Assembly (NCBI GenBank): GCA_016124335.1
Contig: WGNX01000003.1
Coordinates: 6,747 to 70,746 of the forward strand
Origin: Alphaproteobacteria bacterium
Lineage (GTDB): Bacteria > Pseudomonadota > Alphaproteobacteria > CACIAM-22H2
Direction: 5' to 3'
DNA length: 64,000 nucleotides
The notes beneath the pieces were generated by a model that saw nothing but the letters and a program-made list of their open reading frames with translations, made no database searches and was not told the origin of the DNA. Position numbers and translations under genes: made by a program. Numbering within the stretch: the stretch's first letter is position 1; each line of letters starts with the position of its first letter. Shown here in pieces: positions 46,922 to 57,374 of the stretch.

Positions 46922-47617
46922 TCAGGCGTCGACGTTTTCGTCGAGCGCGTAGCCGGCCGAACGGACCGTGCGGATCAGGTCGGAGTCGCCCGGCGAATTG
47001 ATCGCCTTGCGCAGCCGCCGGATATGGACGTCGACAGTGCGCGGCTCGACATAGATGTCGCGGCCCCAGACTGCATCGAGCAGCTGTTCGCGGCTATAGA
47101 CCCGACCGGGCCGCTCGAGCAGGAAGCGCAGCAAGCGGAATTCCGTCGGCCCCAGATGGATCGGCCGGCCGGACCGCAGCACGCGATGCGCGGACAGGTC
47201 CATGACCAGATCGCCGAAGGTCAGCAGATCCTGCGCGGTCGACGGTTTCGAGCGCCGCAGGACCGCGCGCACGCGCGCGACCAGCTCGGACGGGCTGAAC
47301 GGCTTTGCGACATAATCGTCGGCACCCACCTCGAGACCTCGGATGCGGTCGGTCTCCTCGCCCCGTGCCGTCAGCATGATGATCGGAATATCCCGCGTCT
47401 CGCTCTTGCGCCGAAGCTGCCTTGCGACTTCCAGCCCGGACACGTGCGGGAGCATCCAGTCCAGCACGACCAGATCCGGCTTGGCTTCGGCAACGGCAAC
47501 AAGCGCGGCTTCGCCATCGGCCGCGGAAGTGACGCGGAAACCCTCTTTCTCGAAATTATACCGAAGCAGTTCGACGAGCGCCGCCTCGTCCTCGACGATC
47601 AGGAGATAGGGCTTCAT
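46922..47617 (-). CDS. phoB: phosphate regulon response regulator PhoB
   Basis: 231 aa; receiver 'LVVLDWMLP', OmpR-type wHTH 'RTVDVHIRRLRKAI'; ATGA overlap with phoU; pst context. Confidence 0.93.
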   Translation of the reverse strand: MKPYLLIVEDEAALVELLRYNFEKEGFRVTSAADGEAALVAVAEAKPDLVVLDWMLPHVSGLEVARQLRRKSETRDIPIIMLTARGEETDRIRGLEVGADDYVAKPFSPSELVARVRAVLRRSKPSTAQDLLTFGDLVMDLSAHRVLRSGRPIHLGPTEFRLLRFLLERPGRVYSREQLLDAVWGRDIYVEPRTVDVHIRRLRKAINSPGDSDLIRTVRSAGYALDENVDA

Positions 47618-48351
47618 GCTGCGCTCCCCGTTCCGTCCCCGCGCTCGGACCCGACGATCGCGAAGCTTGAGACATCGCCTTTCGGCCGGATATCTCGAAG
47701 CGGCACGCCTTTGACGAGGAAATGGATCGTTTCGGCGATATTGGTCGTGTGGTCGCCGATGCGCTCGATGTTCTTGGCGATGAACAGAAGGTGCGTGGAT
47801 CCGGAAATATTGCGCGGATCCTCCATCATGTAGGTGAGAAGCTCGCGGAACAGCGAGGCGTACATCTCGTCAAGTTCCTCGTCCCGGTTCCAGACCGACA
47901 CGGCCTTGACGACGTCGCCGGCGGCGAACGCATCGAGCACGTCCTTGAGCATCTCGCGGACCATGGCGCCCATCCGCGGAATTGAATGGACCGGACGCAA
48001 CGGCGGCACCTGCGCCAGAACGCCCGCACGCTTGGCCACGTTCTTCGCATAGTCCGCCGCACGCTCGAGATCCGCGCCGATGCGCAGCGCACCGAGGACA
48101 AGCCGAAGATCGCTGGCGACGGGCTGGCGCAGCGCCATCACGCGAAGAACCTGATCGTCGATTTCGCGTTCGAGCTCGTCGACCCGTACATCGGCCTGGA
48201 CAACCGTCGCCGCGAGATCGGCATCGCGCTTGACGACCGACTGGATGGCCGTCGCTATCTGCGTCTCGACCATGCCGCCCATGCGCGCGATGAGGTTGGT
48301 GAGCCGCTTGAGCTCTTCCTCGAAGGATTTGACGGTATGTTCGTTGGCCAT
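47614..48351 (-). CDS. phoU: phosphate signalling protein PhoU
   Basis: Inner ATG (MANEHTVKSFEEELK...) of over-extended track ORF 47614..48999; two PhoU repeats ('ERAADYAKNVA', 'ERIGDHTTNIAE'). Confidence 0.93.
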   Translation of the reverse strand: MANEHTVKSFEEELKRLTNLIARMGGMVETQIATAIQSVVKRDADLAATVVQADVRVDELEREIDDQVLRVMALRQPVASDLRLVLGALRIGADLERAADYAKNVAKRAGVLAQVPPLRPVHSIPRMGAMVREMLKDVLDAFAAGDVVKAVSVWNRDEELDEMYASLFRELLTYMMEDPRNISGSTHLLFIAKNIERIGDHTTNIAETIHFLVKGVPLRDIRPKGDVSSFAIVGSERGDGTGSAA

Positions 48352-48362
48352 TGCGCTGCTCC

Positions 48363-49187
48363 TCAGCCGAAGCGTCCGGTGATGTAATCCTGCGTCCGCT
48401 TGTCGGTCGGCGCGGTGAATATCGTCGCGGTCGGCCCGAACTCGACGACCTCGCCAAGATACATGAAGGTCGTGAAGTCGGATACGCGGGCCGCCTGCTG
48501 CATGTTGTGGGTCACGATCACGATCGTGTAGTCCTGCTTCAACTCGTCGATCAGCTCCTCGATCTTTGCCGTCGAGATCGGGTCGAGCGCCGAGCAGGGT
48601 TCGTCGAAGAGGATCACCTCGGGGCGAACCGCGACGGTTCGCGCGATGCAAAGCCGCTGCTGCTGGCCGCCGGAAAGCGCCTGGCCGCCGGCATTGAGCT
48701 TGTCCTTGACCTCTTCCCAAAGTGCCGCCCTGCGAAGCGCCGATTCGACGCGATTGTCGATTTCGGCCTTCGGCAGGTCTTCGTAAAGGCGGATGCCGAA
48801 CGCGATGTTCTCGTAGATCGACATCGGAAACGGCGTCGGCTTCTGGAAGACCATGCCCACACGCGCACGAAGCAGATTGATATCCAAGCCCGGTGCCAGC
48901 AGGTTTTCTCCGTCGAGCACCACCTCGCCGGTCGCCCGCTGGCCGGGATAAAGATCGTACATCCGGTTCAGGACGCGCAGCAGCGTGGACTTGCCGCAAC
49001 CGGACGGTCCGATGAACGCCGTGACCTTCTTCGCATAGAGCGGAAGGTCGATCTTTTTCAGCGCGCGCGATTCGCCGTAGAAAAATTCGAGATTGCGGAT
49101 CGAGATCTTCTCCTCGAGCTTTGCCGTCGAACCGGCCTGCGCCGGCATATCGACCGAGAGCGGAACGCTTTTGACCGAGACGTCCAT
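48363..49187 (-). CDS. pstB: phosphate ABC transporter ATP-binding protein PstB
   Basis: Inner ATG (MDVSVKSV...); '[14 protein letters not shown]', '[13 protein letters not shown]'. Confidence 0.95.
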   Translation of the reverse strand: MDVSVKSVPLSVDMPAQAGSTAKLEEKISIRNLEFFYGESRALKKIDLPLYAKKVTAFIGPSGCGKSTLLRVLNRMYDLYPGQRATGEVVLDGENLLAPGLDINLLRARVGMVFQKPTPFPMSIYENIAFGIRLYEDLPKAEIDNRVESALRRAALWEEVKDKLNAGGQALSGGQQQRLCIARTVAVRPEVILFDEPCSALDPISTAKIEELIDELKQDYTIVIVTHNMQQAARVSDFTTFMYLGEVVEFGPTATIFTAPTDKRTQDYITGRFG

Positions 49188-49189
49188 GA

Positions 49190-50038
49190 CTACCTTCTGT
49201 GGGTGAGGGTGCGGGCGAGGATGCTCAATCCGAGGACCGTCACCGTGATGATGAGGGCACCCGTCCACGCGAGCTTCTGCCATTCGGCATAGGGCGATAG
49301 CGCGAACTGGAAGATCACGACCGGCAAGCTCGGCATGGGCGCGTTCATGTTCATGCTCCAGAACTGGTTGTTCAGGGCCGTGAACAGCAGCGGCGCGGTT
49401 TCCCCGCTGACGCGCGCGATCGCCAGCAGGATGCCGGTGACGATGCCTGCGCGTGCCGCGCGGTAGGCGATATGGATGATCATGTGCGAGCGCGGAAGGC
49501 CGATCGACGCGGCCGCTTCGCGCATCGTGTCGGGCACGAGGTTCAGCATGTCCTCGGTCGTGCGGACCACGACCGGGATCACGATGACTGCGAGCGCCAC
49601 GGCACCGGCGTAGCCCGAGAAGTGGCCCATGGGGGCCACCATGATCTCGTAGACGAACAGGCCGACCACGACCGAGGGCGCGCTCAGAAGGATGTCGTTG
49701 ACGAACCGCACGATCGCCGCGATGCGATCATGCTTGCCGAATTCGCTGAGGTAGGTCCCGGCGAGAACGCCGACCGGTGTGCCGATCAGGACCGCAAGCA
49801 CCGTCATGATTGCGCTGCCCGCGATGGCGTTGAGAAGCCCGCCTGCGGATCCCGGCGGCGGGGTCATCTGCGTGAAGACGTCGAGCGAGAGCCCGCCGAT
49901 CCCCTTGTAGACGAGGATGGCGAGGATGATCGCGATCCAGCCGACGCCGAACACGGCCGACGCATACCCCAAGGTCACGGCGATACGGTTGCGCCGAAAC
50001 CGGCTGCGGTAGATGGCGGGATTTGGCAGCGCGGACAT
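49190..50038 (-). CDS. pstA: phosphate ABC transporter permease PstA
   Basis: Inner ATG ([10 protein letters not shown]...) of over-extended track ORF 49190..50686; 282 aa. Confidence 0.93.
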   Translation of the reverse strand: MSALPNPAIYRSRFRRNRIAVTLGYASAVFGVGWIAIILAILVYKGIGGLSLDVFTQMTPPPGSAGGLLNAIAGSAIMTVLAVLIGTPVGVLAGTYLSEFGKHDRIAAIVRFVNDILLSAPSVVVGLFVYEIMVAPMGHFSGYAGAVALAVIVIPVVVRTTEDMLNLVPDTMREAAASIGLPRSHMIIHIAYRAARAGIVTGILLAIARVSGETAPLLFTALNNQFWSMNMNAPMPSLPVVIFQFALSPYAEWQKLAWTGALIITVTVLGLSILARTLTHRR

Positions 50039-50043
50039 GGGGC

Positions 50044-51042
50044 CTACTTCTTCCCTTTTTCGAGTTGCGCGAGCATCAGCCGCGCGGCCGCGAGCACGAT
50101 GAACGTGATCACGAAGAGAATCAGGCCGAGCGCGATCAGCGAAGAGGTGTAGATATCGCCGACGGCTTCCGTGAACTCGTTGGCGATCGACGCCGAAATC
50201 GTGGTGCCCGGCGCCAGGATCGACCCCGAGATGCGGTGCGCGTTGCCGATCACGAAGGTCACGGCCATGGTCTCGCCGAGCGCGCGCCCGAGCCCGAGCA
50301 TGACGCCGCCGATCACGCCAACGCGCGTATGCGGCAGGATCACCGACCGGAAGACCTCCCATGTGGTGCAGCCGAGGCCGTAGGTCGCTTCCTTCATCAC
50401 CGGCGGCACGGAATCGAACACGTCGCGCGAGATCGCCGTCACGAACGGCAGCACCATGATCGCGAGGATCAGCCCGGCGGTCATGACGCCGATGCCGTAG
50501 GGCGGACCGGCAAAGATCGTCGAGAAGATCGGAATGTTCTCGAATGTCGCAATGATATACGGCTGCACGTACGTCTGGAGAAACGGGGCGAAAACGAACA
50601 AGCCCCAGATTCCGTAGATGATGCTGGGCACCCCCGCCAGAAGCTCGATCGCCATGCCGATCGGCCGCCGTAGTGCCATCGGGCAAAGCTCGGTCAGGAA
50701 AAATGCGATCATGATGCCGATCGGCACCGCGATCAGCATTGCGATCAACGAGGTCGCCAGTGTGCCCGTGATAGGCGCCAATGCGCCGAATTGTTCGGTG
50801 ACCGGGTTCCAGACCTCGGCGGTTACAAACCCCGGGCCGAATGCGCGGAATGCCGGCGCGGAGCCGGCGACAAGCGAAACGATGACCCCGCCGAGCAGCA
50901 GCAGAACGCCGAGGGCGGCACCGCGCGTCATTCCACGGAAAGCGGCATCGCTGGTCCGCAGACGGTTTAGCTTGGCGGCACGAAGGCCCGCCGCTGCGGT
51001 CATCCCGGCAAGAGCGGGCTGATTGGCCAGAGACTGCGACAA
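50044..51042 (-). CDS. pstC: phosphate ABC transporter permease PstC
   Basis: 332 aa. TTG start at 51042 behind AGGGG; alternative ATG at 51003. Confidence 0.9.
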   Translation of the reverse strand: MSQSLANQPALAGMTAAAGLRAAKLNRLRTSDAAFRGMTRGAALGVLLLLGGVIVSLVAGSAPAFRAFGPGFVTAEVWNPVTEQFGALAPITGTLATSLIAMLIAVPIGIMIAFFLTELCPMALRRPIGMAIELLAGVPSIIYGIWGLFVFAPFLQTYVQPYIIATFENIPIFSTIFAGPPYGIGVMTAGLILAIMVLPFVTAISRDVFDSVPPVMKEATYGLGCTTWEVFRSVILPHTRVGVIGGVMLGLGRALGETMAVTFVIGNAHRISGSILAPGTTISASIANEFTEAVGDIYTSSLIALGLILFVITFIVLAAARLMLAQLEKGKK

Positions 51043-51091
51043 GTTCGACCCCTGTCCGTATTTTTCTGTTTGCCCGTCCGGGGGGCGGAGA

Positions 51092-51139
51092 GGATGGCGC
51101 TTGACGGCGCCATCCCTGCCGTCCGCCCCGCGCGGGCGG
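51092..51139 (-). other. two GC-rich intercistronic stem-loops between pstS and pstC
   Basis: GGATGGCGC-ttgacg-GCGCCATCC (51092-51115) and CCGCCC-cgcgc-GGGCGG (51123-51139); no clear U-tract. Confidence 0.4.
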
Positions 51140-51157
51140 CTCGTCTCCGATAGACGC

Positions 51158-52204
51158 TCAGTTCGTCAGCGCGAAAACCGGCTTGCCACTGGAGTCCTTG
51201 ATTTCCGAGACCCACATCTTGTGGACGTCGGCCGAGACCGTCTTCGGCATCGGAACATAGTCCAGATCTTCGGCCATCTTTGGGCCCTTGGCATAGGCCC
51301 AGGAGAAGAACTTCAGCGCTTCGCGCACGGCGCTGGCATCCGACGGGTTCTTGTAGACGAGGATCCACGTCGCCGCGGTCATCGGCCACGAGGAGTCACC
51401 CGGCTGGTTGGCGAGGATGACGCCGTAGCCCGGTTGCGAATGCCAGTCGGCGTTCGCAGCAGCTGCCTGGATAGAGGCCGAACCCGGCATCACGGTCTTG
51501 CCGGCCTTGTTGATCATTTTCGTGAAGGTCAGGTTGTTCTGCTTGGCGTAGGCGTATTCGACGTAGCCGAGCGCGCCCTTCGTCTGGGCGACGTTGACCG
51601 ACACGCCTTCGTTGCCCTTGGCGCCGATGCCCGCCGGCCACTGGACCGCGGTGTTCGTGCCGACCTTCGCCTTCCACTCGGCGCTGACATCCGAGAGATA
51701 GTAGGTGAAGTTGTACGTCGTGCCCGAACCGTCGGAGCGGTAGACGAGCGCCACCGCCGTCGAGGGCAGCTTGACGCCCGGGTTGAGTTTGGCGATCGCC
51801 GCGTCATCCCACTTCTTGATTTCGCCGAGATACAGCTTGGCGATGGTTGCACCGTCGAGAACGAGTTCGCCGGGCTTGATGCCGTCGAGATTGACCACCG
51901 GGACGATCGCGCCCATCACCATGGGGAACTGCGCCAGACCGGTTTCGTCGAGTTCCTTGCCGGGAAGCGGCGCATCCGACGCGCCGAACGTCACGGTCTT
52001 GGCCTTGATCTGCTTGATGCCGCCGCCCGAGCCGATCGACTGGTAGTTGAGGCCGATCCCGGTTTCCTTTTTGTAGGCGTCCGCCCACTTCGCGTAGATC
52101 GGATACGGGAACGTGGCGCCCGCACCGGAAATGTCGGCAGCCATGGCGCCGGCGCTTGTCGCGGCCAGCGTCGCTGCAATCAGGAAGATCTTCGAGAATT
52201 TCAC
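51158..52204 (-). CDS. pstS: phosphate ABC transporter substrate-binding protein PstS
   Basis: GTG at 52204 behind AGGAGAG (the track ORF extends to 52294); signal peptide '[21 protein letters not shown]'; '[15 protein letters not shown]'. Confidence 0.93.
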   Translation of the reverse strand: MKFSKIFLIAATLAATSAGAMAADISGAGATFPYPIYAKWADAYKKETGIGLNYQSIGSGGGIKQIKAKTVTFGASDAPLPGKELDETGLAQFPMVMGAIVPVVNLDGIKPGELVLDGATIAKLYLGEIKKWDDAAIAKLNPGVKLPSTAVALVYRSDGSGTTYNFTYYLSDVSAEWKAKVGTNTAVQWPAGIGAKGNEGVSVNVAQTKGALGYVEYAYAKQNNLTFTKMINKAGKTVMPGSASIQAAAANADWHSQPGYGVILANQPGDSSWPMTAATWILVYKNPSDASAVREALKFFSWAYAKGPKMAEDLDYVPMPKTVSADVHKMWVSEIKDSSGKPVFALTN

Positions 52205-52276
52205 GGGGCTCTCCTTTTTTCGGGCACCCTTGTGCCCGTGCGGAACATTTCGACGCGTCCTGCTTACCAAAGGGAC

Positions 52277-52304
52277 ATTGCCGATTTGTGACACCCCGTC
52301 ACAT
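52277..52304 (-). promoter_or_regulatory. candidate Pho box upstream of pstS
   Basis: Minus-strand reading ATGTGAC-GGG-GTGTCAC-AAAT-CGGCAAT contains three TGTCA(C/T)-like units at 10- and 11-nt phasing, 75-100 nt upstream of the pstS start. Imperfect match. Confidence 0.35.
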
Positions 52305-52452
52305 CATTTGCCGCAAGCCAGAAACTACCAATTAATATAATTAAAACAATCTATTGGATGATTCTCCGCATATCCGGTCCGCGTTTGCGAACGGCCCGAT
52401 TATGACACTCGCATCCGCAGTGGAGGCTCGATTCCCGGTGCCGAATCAGCAG

Positions 52453-53514
52453 CTAAGCGGCCTCGATCGTTACGGCCAAAACTTCGTGATCCGATATCGC
52501 AACACCATGCGAATCGACCGCGGGAATCGTCGCCGCACCGCTGCAATTGAGCCCGCGGGAAAACAGCCAGTCGATCTTGCCGAAAGGCGGCTCGGGCGTG
52601 CCGTCCGGCCGCGTGCGCTGCGTCGCCACGCCCATGGCGTTGCAGCCGGCCCAGTCGTAGCCATTCCGGGCAAGCAGATCGAACATCGGCTCATAGTGCA
52701 TTGGAGACACCAGCCGCTGGGGATCGGCAGCAAGCGCCCGGTCGACAGCACCCGGCACGATGCGCTCTTCGCGCTCAAGCGTATTCGTATTGAAATCGCC
52801 GCCGATCAATACGGGAACGCCCGGCGAATGCGCGTCGATTTCCGCGAGCAGCTTCTCGGTCTGAACGAGCCTGTCGGCCGGCCCGGTATGACTTTCGTAG
52901 TGGACTGACGCGAGCAGAACGCGCGCGCCGGCCAATCTAATTTCGGCCAGCATCGCGATCCGCCCGCCCACGCGCCGCTCATGGAAGGCGCCGTCGAACC
53001 ACCGCCCCGACGTTTCGAGACGCACAAGCGCCGGTCGTTCGAGCATCGCGCCCGATACAAAGCCGCCGCCATGCAGCCCGGCCTCGTTCGGCTGTCCCGC
53101 AAAGGCCTTCTGTTCGCGCAGGTCGCCGAGGCCAAGTTCCACGAATTCGACGCCGAAAACATATCCCTGCCCGAGCGTATCGGCGAGGTCGCGGATCGTG
53201 TGGCGGTTCTGCGAGCGGATCATGCCGAGATCGAGTTCGCAGAGCATCAGCACGTCGGCGCCAAGGCCGCCGAGAAGCTCCGCTGAAGCCGCTTCGTACT
53301 TGAGACGCTCGGCATTCCAGAACGCGATGCGCGCACGTTGGCCCAGCGCGCGCGCATCTGCCGGTGCACGGACCTCCACGCAATGCAGGGCGGAAATCGA
53401 GTCGAACGCCTTCCGGAAGCTCGTCGCGACGACCGGTGCTGCCAGAATGCCCGCCCGCTCCGCCTCGGAAGGAAGCTTCAGCCGATCGGTCGTTTTCGTC
53501 ACGCGCATGCGCAT
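52453..53514 (-). CDS. endonuclease/exonuclease/phosphatase (EEP) family phosphoesterase
   Basis: 353 aa; 'VLMLCELD', 'LASVHYESH', 'LIGGDFN', C-terminal 'AISDHEVLAV'. Confidence 0.82.
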   Translation of the reverse strand: MRMRVTKTTDRLKLPSEAERAGILAAPVVATSFRKAFDSISALHCVEVRAPADARALGQRARIAFWNAERLKYEAASAELLGGLGADVLMLCELDLGMIRSQNRHTIRDLADTLGQGYVFGVEFVELGLGDLREQKAFAGQPNEAGLHGGGFVSGAMLERPALVRLETSGRWFDGAFHERRVGGRIAMLAEIRLAGARVLLASVHYESHTGPADRLVQTEKLLAEIDAHSPGVPVLIGGDFNTNTLEREERIVPGAVDRALAADPQRLVSPMHYEPMFDLLARNGYDWAGCNAMGVATQRTRPDGTPEPPFGKIDWLFSRGLNCSGAATIPAVDSHGVAISDHEVLAVTIEAA

Positions 53515-54326
53515 AATTCCTCAAGGACAGGGGCAAGAACATCCGGGTCGTTGCTGGTGACTTGCGTGCAGCCGGCACGCACAAGCGCCTGGAGGATGCC
53601 CCGCAGGTCCGGCCGGTCGGCATCGAGCGTCCAGACGTCGACTTCCGCACCGTCCGCGCGCACAATTTCGATTAGGTTGACGCCCGCGCGCAGGCCCGCA
53701 AGCACAAGATCGGCTTCAAGATAGTAGATCGACGCATCCGGTGCGGTCGCAACGGTGCGCGCGCCAAGTGCACGGAACGCATCGGCCCCCTGCGGCATCG
53801 TGCGGGGGTAGAAATCCAGCGGGTCGAAGCCTGCCTTGAGACCCGGGATGGCGCCCGCAAGGCGCACCGGCATGCGCCAGTCGCACGCTCCCGCAACGAA
53901 CCGCGAAGCGACGTCGCCGAGAGTCGCGCGCAGGCGCCCCATCAAGGTCGCATCCAGCGCGTCGACCGGCGCTTTCACGTCGAGTTGCACCAATCCGCCC
54001 CGGGCGCGACCAATACGCCTGACGGCATCGGCAACTTCGTCAAGGAAAAGCGGCGGCGCGTCGATCGCCGTGCCGTCCGGTGCGCGCTGGCGCAGGCGGC
54101 CGATCTCGGCCCGCGTCAGCCTGTCGGCAGGCCCGGCTCCCGTCGTCTCGCGATCGAGCGTCCGGTCATGCAGGCAGAAGGCATGGCCGTCGGCCGAAAA
54201 TCGCAGATCGACCTCACAGGCGGCACCGGCCAGGAGGGCCGCGTCCAGATTGGCACGCAGATGACCGGGGTCGGACTTCTGCCGGCGCAACATGTGCCAT
54301 TTGAGCCGCGGGACACGCAGCGTCAT
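53499..54326 (-). CDS. glycerophosphodiester phosphodiesterase (GDPD) family protein, divergent motifs
   Basis: 275 aa; 'EVDLRFSADGHAFCLHDRTLDRET' matches the GDPD core. The N-terminal 'HRG' position reads 'HML'. Confidence 0.75.
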   Translation of the reverse strand: MTLRVPRLKWHMLRRQKSDPGHLRANLDAALLAGAACEVDLRFSADGHAFCLHDRTLDRETTGAGPADRLTRAEIGRLRQRAPDGTAIDAPPLFLDEVADAVRRIGRARGGLVQLDVKAPVDALDATLMGRLRATLGDVASRFVAGACDWRMPVRLAGAIPGLKAGFDPLDFYPRTMPQGADAFRALGARTVATAPDASIYYLEADLVLAGLRAGVNLIEIVRADGAEVDVWTLDADRPDLRGILQALVRAGCTQVTSNDPDVLAPVLEELCACA

Positions 54327-55381
54327 GCCGGCGTCTGCGCGCCCGCCCCATCGATCCGGCGCGTCGAACGGGCATCGAAGACAAGCGTCGACGACAACGC
54401 AAACGATAGCTCGTCGCCCACCCTGAAGCGCGATTTCGCGCCTGCCTCGAGCGCGCGCACGGGGCCAAGCGGCGTCTCCAGGTGATAGATCGTCTCGCGC
54501 CCGTGCGGCTCCAGATCGCCGACACGGCCGCGAAACGGCCCGTCACCGAGAATGACCGACTCCGGCCGCACGCCGAGCACGCACGCACCTTCGCCGCCGG
54601 TCGCGCGGAGCTTCGCTTGCCCGACTTCCATCGTCCCGGCTGAAATCCCGCAGGAAAGAAGATTGATCGGCGGCGAACCGATGAAGCCCGCCACGAAGAT
54701 GCTGTTCGGGCGATGGTAAAGATCGTCCGCCGTGCCGACCTGCTCGATGCGGCCGCGGCTCATGCAGATGACGCGATCGGCCATCGTGGTCGCTTCGATC
54801 TGGTCGTGCGTGACCAGGAGCGTCGTGACACCCAGCTTGCGCTGGAGTGCACGGATCTCGCTGCGCATCGTCAGGCGCAGCGATGCGTCGAGATTGGACA
54901 AAGGCTCGTCGAGGAGCAGGAGCTGCGGCTCCTTGATCAGCGCGCGCGCCAGTGCCACGCGCTGCTGCTGGCCGCCGGAAAGCTGGCCCGGACGTCGATC
55001 CATCAGTTCGTGTACCTGGACGAGCCGTGCGGCATCCTCGGCGCGCCTTGCGGCTGCGGCCTTATCAACGTTCTTGAAGCGCAGCGGGAACAGGATGTTG
55101 TCGCGCACCGTCATGTTCGGGTAAAGCGCGTAGGACTGGAAGACGATGCCGACATTGCGATCGCGCGCCTCGACGTCGTTGACGCGCTGGCCGTCGAACA
55201 GGATATCGCCGTCGCTGGGCGTGTAGATGCCGGCGAGCATGAAAAGCGTCGTCGACTTGCCGCAGCCCGACGGCCCGAGAATCGCCACGAACTCGCCGTC
55301 GCCGATCGTCAGGCCGGTCGGCTCGACCGCCGTAACCTCCCCCCACCGTTTCGCCACGCCGCGCAGTTCGATCTTCGCCAT
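54323..55381 (-). CDS. ABC transporter ATP-binding protein (UgpC/MalK-like)
   Basis: 352 aa; '[15 protein letters not shown]', '[15 protein letters not shown]'; MalK-type C-terminal domain. Confidence 0.9.
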   Translation of the reverse strand: MAKIELRGVAKRWGEVTAVEPTGLTIGDGEFVAILGPSGCGKSTTLFMLAGIYTPSDGDILFDGQRVNDVEARDRNVGIVFQSYALYPNMTVRDNILFPLRFKNVDKAAAARRAEDAARLVQVHELMDRRPGQLSGGQQQRVALARALIKEPQLLLLDEPLSNLDASLRLTMRSEIRALQRKLGVTTLLVTHDQIEATTMADRVICMSRGRIEQVGTADDLYHRPNSIFVAGFIGSPPINLLSCGISAGTMEVGQAKLRATGGEGACVLGVRPESVILGDGPFRGRVGDLEPHGRETIYHLETPLGPVRALEAGAKSRFRVGDELSFALSSTLVFDARSTRRIDGAGAQTPA

Positions 55382-55385
55382 GGTC

Positions 55386-56444
55386 CTAACCCTTGATTCC
55401 GCCGACGGACATCTGCGTCAGATATTTCTGGCACAGCGTATAAAGGACAATCGACGGCACGATGTAGAACAACCCCATTGCCGAGACCATCGCGTAGTCG
55501 GTCCCCATCATGTCGTCCTGCATCCAGAACAGGTACAGGCTCATCGTCCAGTTCGAGTTCCCGAAGATGAGGGTCCGGACGAAGACGTATTCCTCCCACC
55601 CGCGCAGGAACGTGAAGACCGCAACCGCGATCATGCCGACCTTCACTTGCGGCAGGACGACGAGGAAGAAGGCCTGCCGGCGCGAGGCGCCGTCGGTCAT
55701 GGCGCTCATCTCGATGTCCCACGGCACGGCGTCGAAGAAGCCCTTCATGACGAAAATCGCGAATGGAAGTTCGAGTGCCGCGACAACGAGCACCACGCCC
55801 GCCAGCGAGTCGATCAGGTTGACCCAGTACATGATCAGGAAGATCGGCACGATCAGCGACATCGCGGGAAACGCCTGAAGGATCAGCAGACCCTTGAGAT
55901 AGCCGCCTCGGCCGCGGAAATCGAAGCGCGACAGGTAGTATCCGGCAAGCGTGCTCGACGTGACGACGAGAAGCATCTGGATTCCGGCAAGCATCAGCGA
56001 ATTGCCGAATGCGATCCAGACGCTGGGATAGCGCTTGCCGACACCGCCGGCACCCTTGAGCGTGTCTGCGATATTGGAGTTCCACAGGAAGCGGAAATTG
56101 TCGGTATGCAGGTGCGGTCCCGTGACGGCGGCGAGAACGACCAGCGTCACGGCGCCAAGCGCGAATTCGAGCGCACGCTGCCGTCGCAGATCCACGACGG
56201 CCATGCGAACGACCGACCAGACGACAAGTGCAGGCATGAGCACGGCGAGCGTGCGCCAGAGAACGATGGTGGTGGCCCCCATCCGACCGGATACCGCCAC
56301 GGTGACGAGCCACAGATACGGCACGACGATCGGCAACGACCCGAGAACGAGGACGACATAAAGGAATCCGGTCGTCACCCGATTGCGCACCCGTGCGCGG
56401 GCGGCGACGGCGCTCCAGTCCGGGCTGGTCGAAACGGCGCTCAC
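55386..56444 (-). CDS. carbohydrate-type ABC permease (UgpE/MalG-like) with two extra predicted TM segments
   Basis: GTG at 56444 gives a GTGA overlap with the upstream stop (the track ORF extends to 56498). 352 aa versus about 280 typical. Confidence 0.82.
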   Translation of the reverse strand: MSAVSTSPDWSAVAARARVRNRVTTGFLYVVLVLGSLPIVVPYLWLVTVAVSGRMGATTIVLWRTLAVLMPALVVWSVVRMAVVDLRRQRALEFALGAVTLVVLAAVTGPHLHTDNFRFLWNSNIADTLKGAGGVGKRYPSVWIAFGNSLMLAGIQMLLVVTSSTLAGYYLSRFDFRGRGGYLKGLLILQAFPAMSLIVPIFLIMYWVNLIDSLAGVVLVVAALELPFAIFVMKGFFDAVPWDIEMSAMTDGASRRQAFFLVVLPQVKVGMIAVAVFTFLRGWEEYVFVRTLIFGNSNWTMSLYLFWMQDDMMGTDYAMVSAMGLFYIVPSIVLYTLCQKYLTQMSVGGIKG

Positions 56445-57352
56445 GACACCTCGATGCGCGGGCGTTGGAGCAGCGCCTTCATGTCGAAGAACCGCCACAG
56501 CACGAGCGACACGATTGTGCCGACTGCAACGAGACCCAGCGAAAGTGCCGCACCATATGCGTATTGCCCGTTTTCGAAAGCGCGCCGGTAGACATAGAGC
56601 GCGTAGACCGTGGTGTCGTAGAACGGACCGCCGTTGGTTATCAGCCAGATATATTCAAAGCTCACCAGCAGGGCGAGCGCCTGATAGATCGTCACGAAAC
56701 TCAGCTGCCAGCGGATCGCGGGCAGCGTGATGTGCCAGACGATGGCAAGTCCGCCGGCCCCGTCCACGCGCGCGGCATGGAATAGGTGCTGCGGGATCGA
56801 GCGGATGGCGCTCGTGAAAATGATCATCCCGAACGACGCACCGATGAACCCGTTGGCGAGGATGATCACGAGCATCGGCGCCGAACTTTTCAGGTCAAGC
56901 GGCGAAATGCCGAATGCGCCGATCGTCTGATTGAGAAGGCCGTAATCCGTGGGCGCGACCACCCAACCCCACAACAGCGCGTAGACGACCGACGGGCTCA
57001 TGCGCGGCAGGAACCAGATCGCCCGGAAGAACGCGCCCATGCGGTCGGGCAGCGACGTCGTCATCAGCGCCAGAAGCAGGCCGTAGGTGACATTGAAGAT
57101 CGCAAGCGTACCCAGCACGTAGCCCAGCGTGACGAGCATGACGCTCGCCAGTCGCGAATCGCCGCCGAACATCCGTTCGACATTTTCAACCGTCACGCCC
57201 GAAACCTTGAGGTTCCGGCTCATGTCGGTAAAGGCGATGCCGATATCGACGACGACGGGCAGGACGAAGAACGAAAAAAGCAGAAGCGTCGCCGGACCCA
57301 GAAAAAGGATCCGGTCGACGCCCTGCCTTGCGCTCGCGTTCGCGTACCGCAC
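56441..57352 (-). CDS. carbohydrate-type ABC permease (UgpA/MalF-like)
   Basis: 303 aa, 6 TM; 'HAARVDGAGGLAIVWHITLP' EAA-type loop. Confidence 0.88.
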   Translation of the reverse strand: MRYANASARQGVDRILFLGPATLLLFSFFVLPVVVDIGIAFTDMSRNLKVSGVTVENVERMFGGDSRLASVMLVTLGYVLGTLAIFNVTYGLLLALMTTSLPDRMGAFFRAIWFLPRMSPSVVYALLWGWVVAPTDYGLLNQTIGAFGISPLDLKSSAPMLVIILANGFIGASFGMIIFTSAIRSIPQHLFHAARVDGAGGLAIVWHITLPAIRWQLSFVTIYQALALLVSFEYIWLITNGGPFYDTTVYALYVYRRAFENGQYAYGAALSLGLVAVGTIVSLVLWRFFDMKALLQRPRIEVS

Positions 57353-57374
57353 TTTCCGGCGAACCGGCGTTCGT

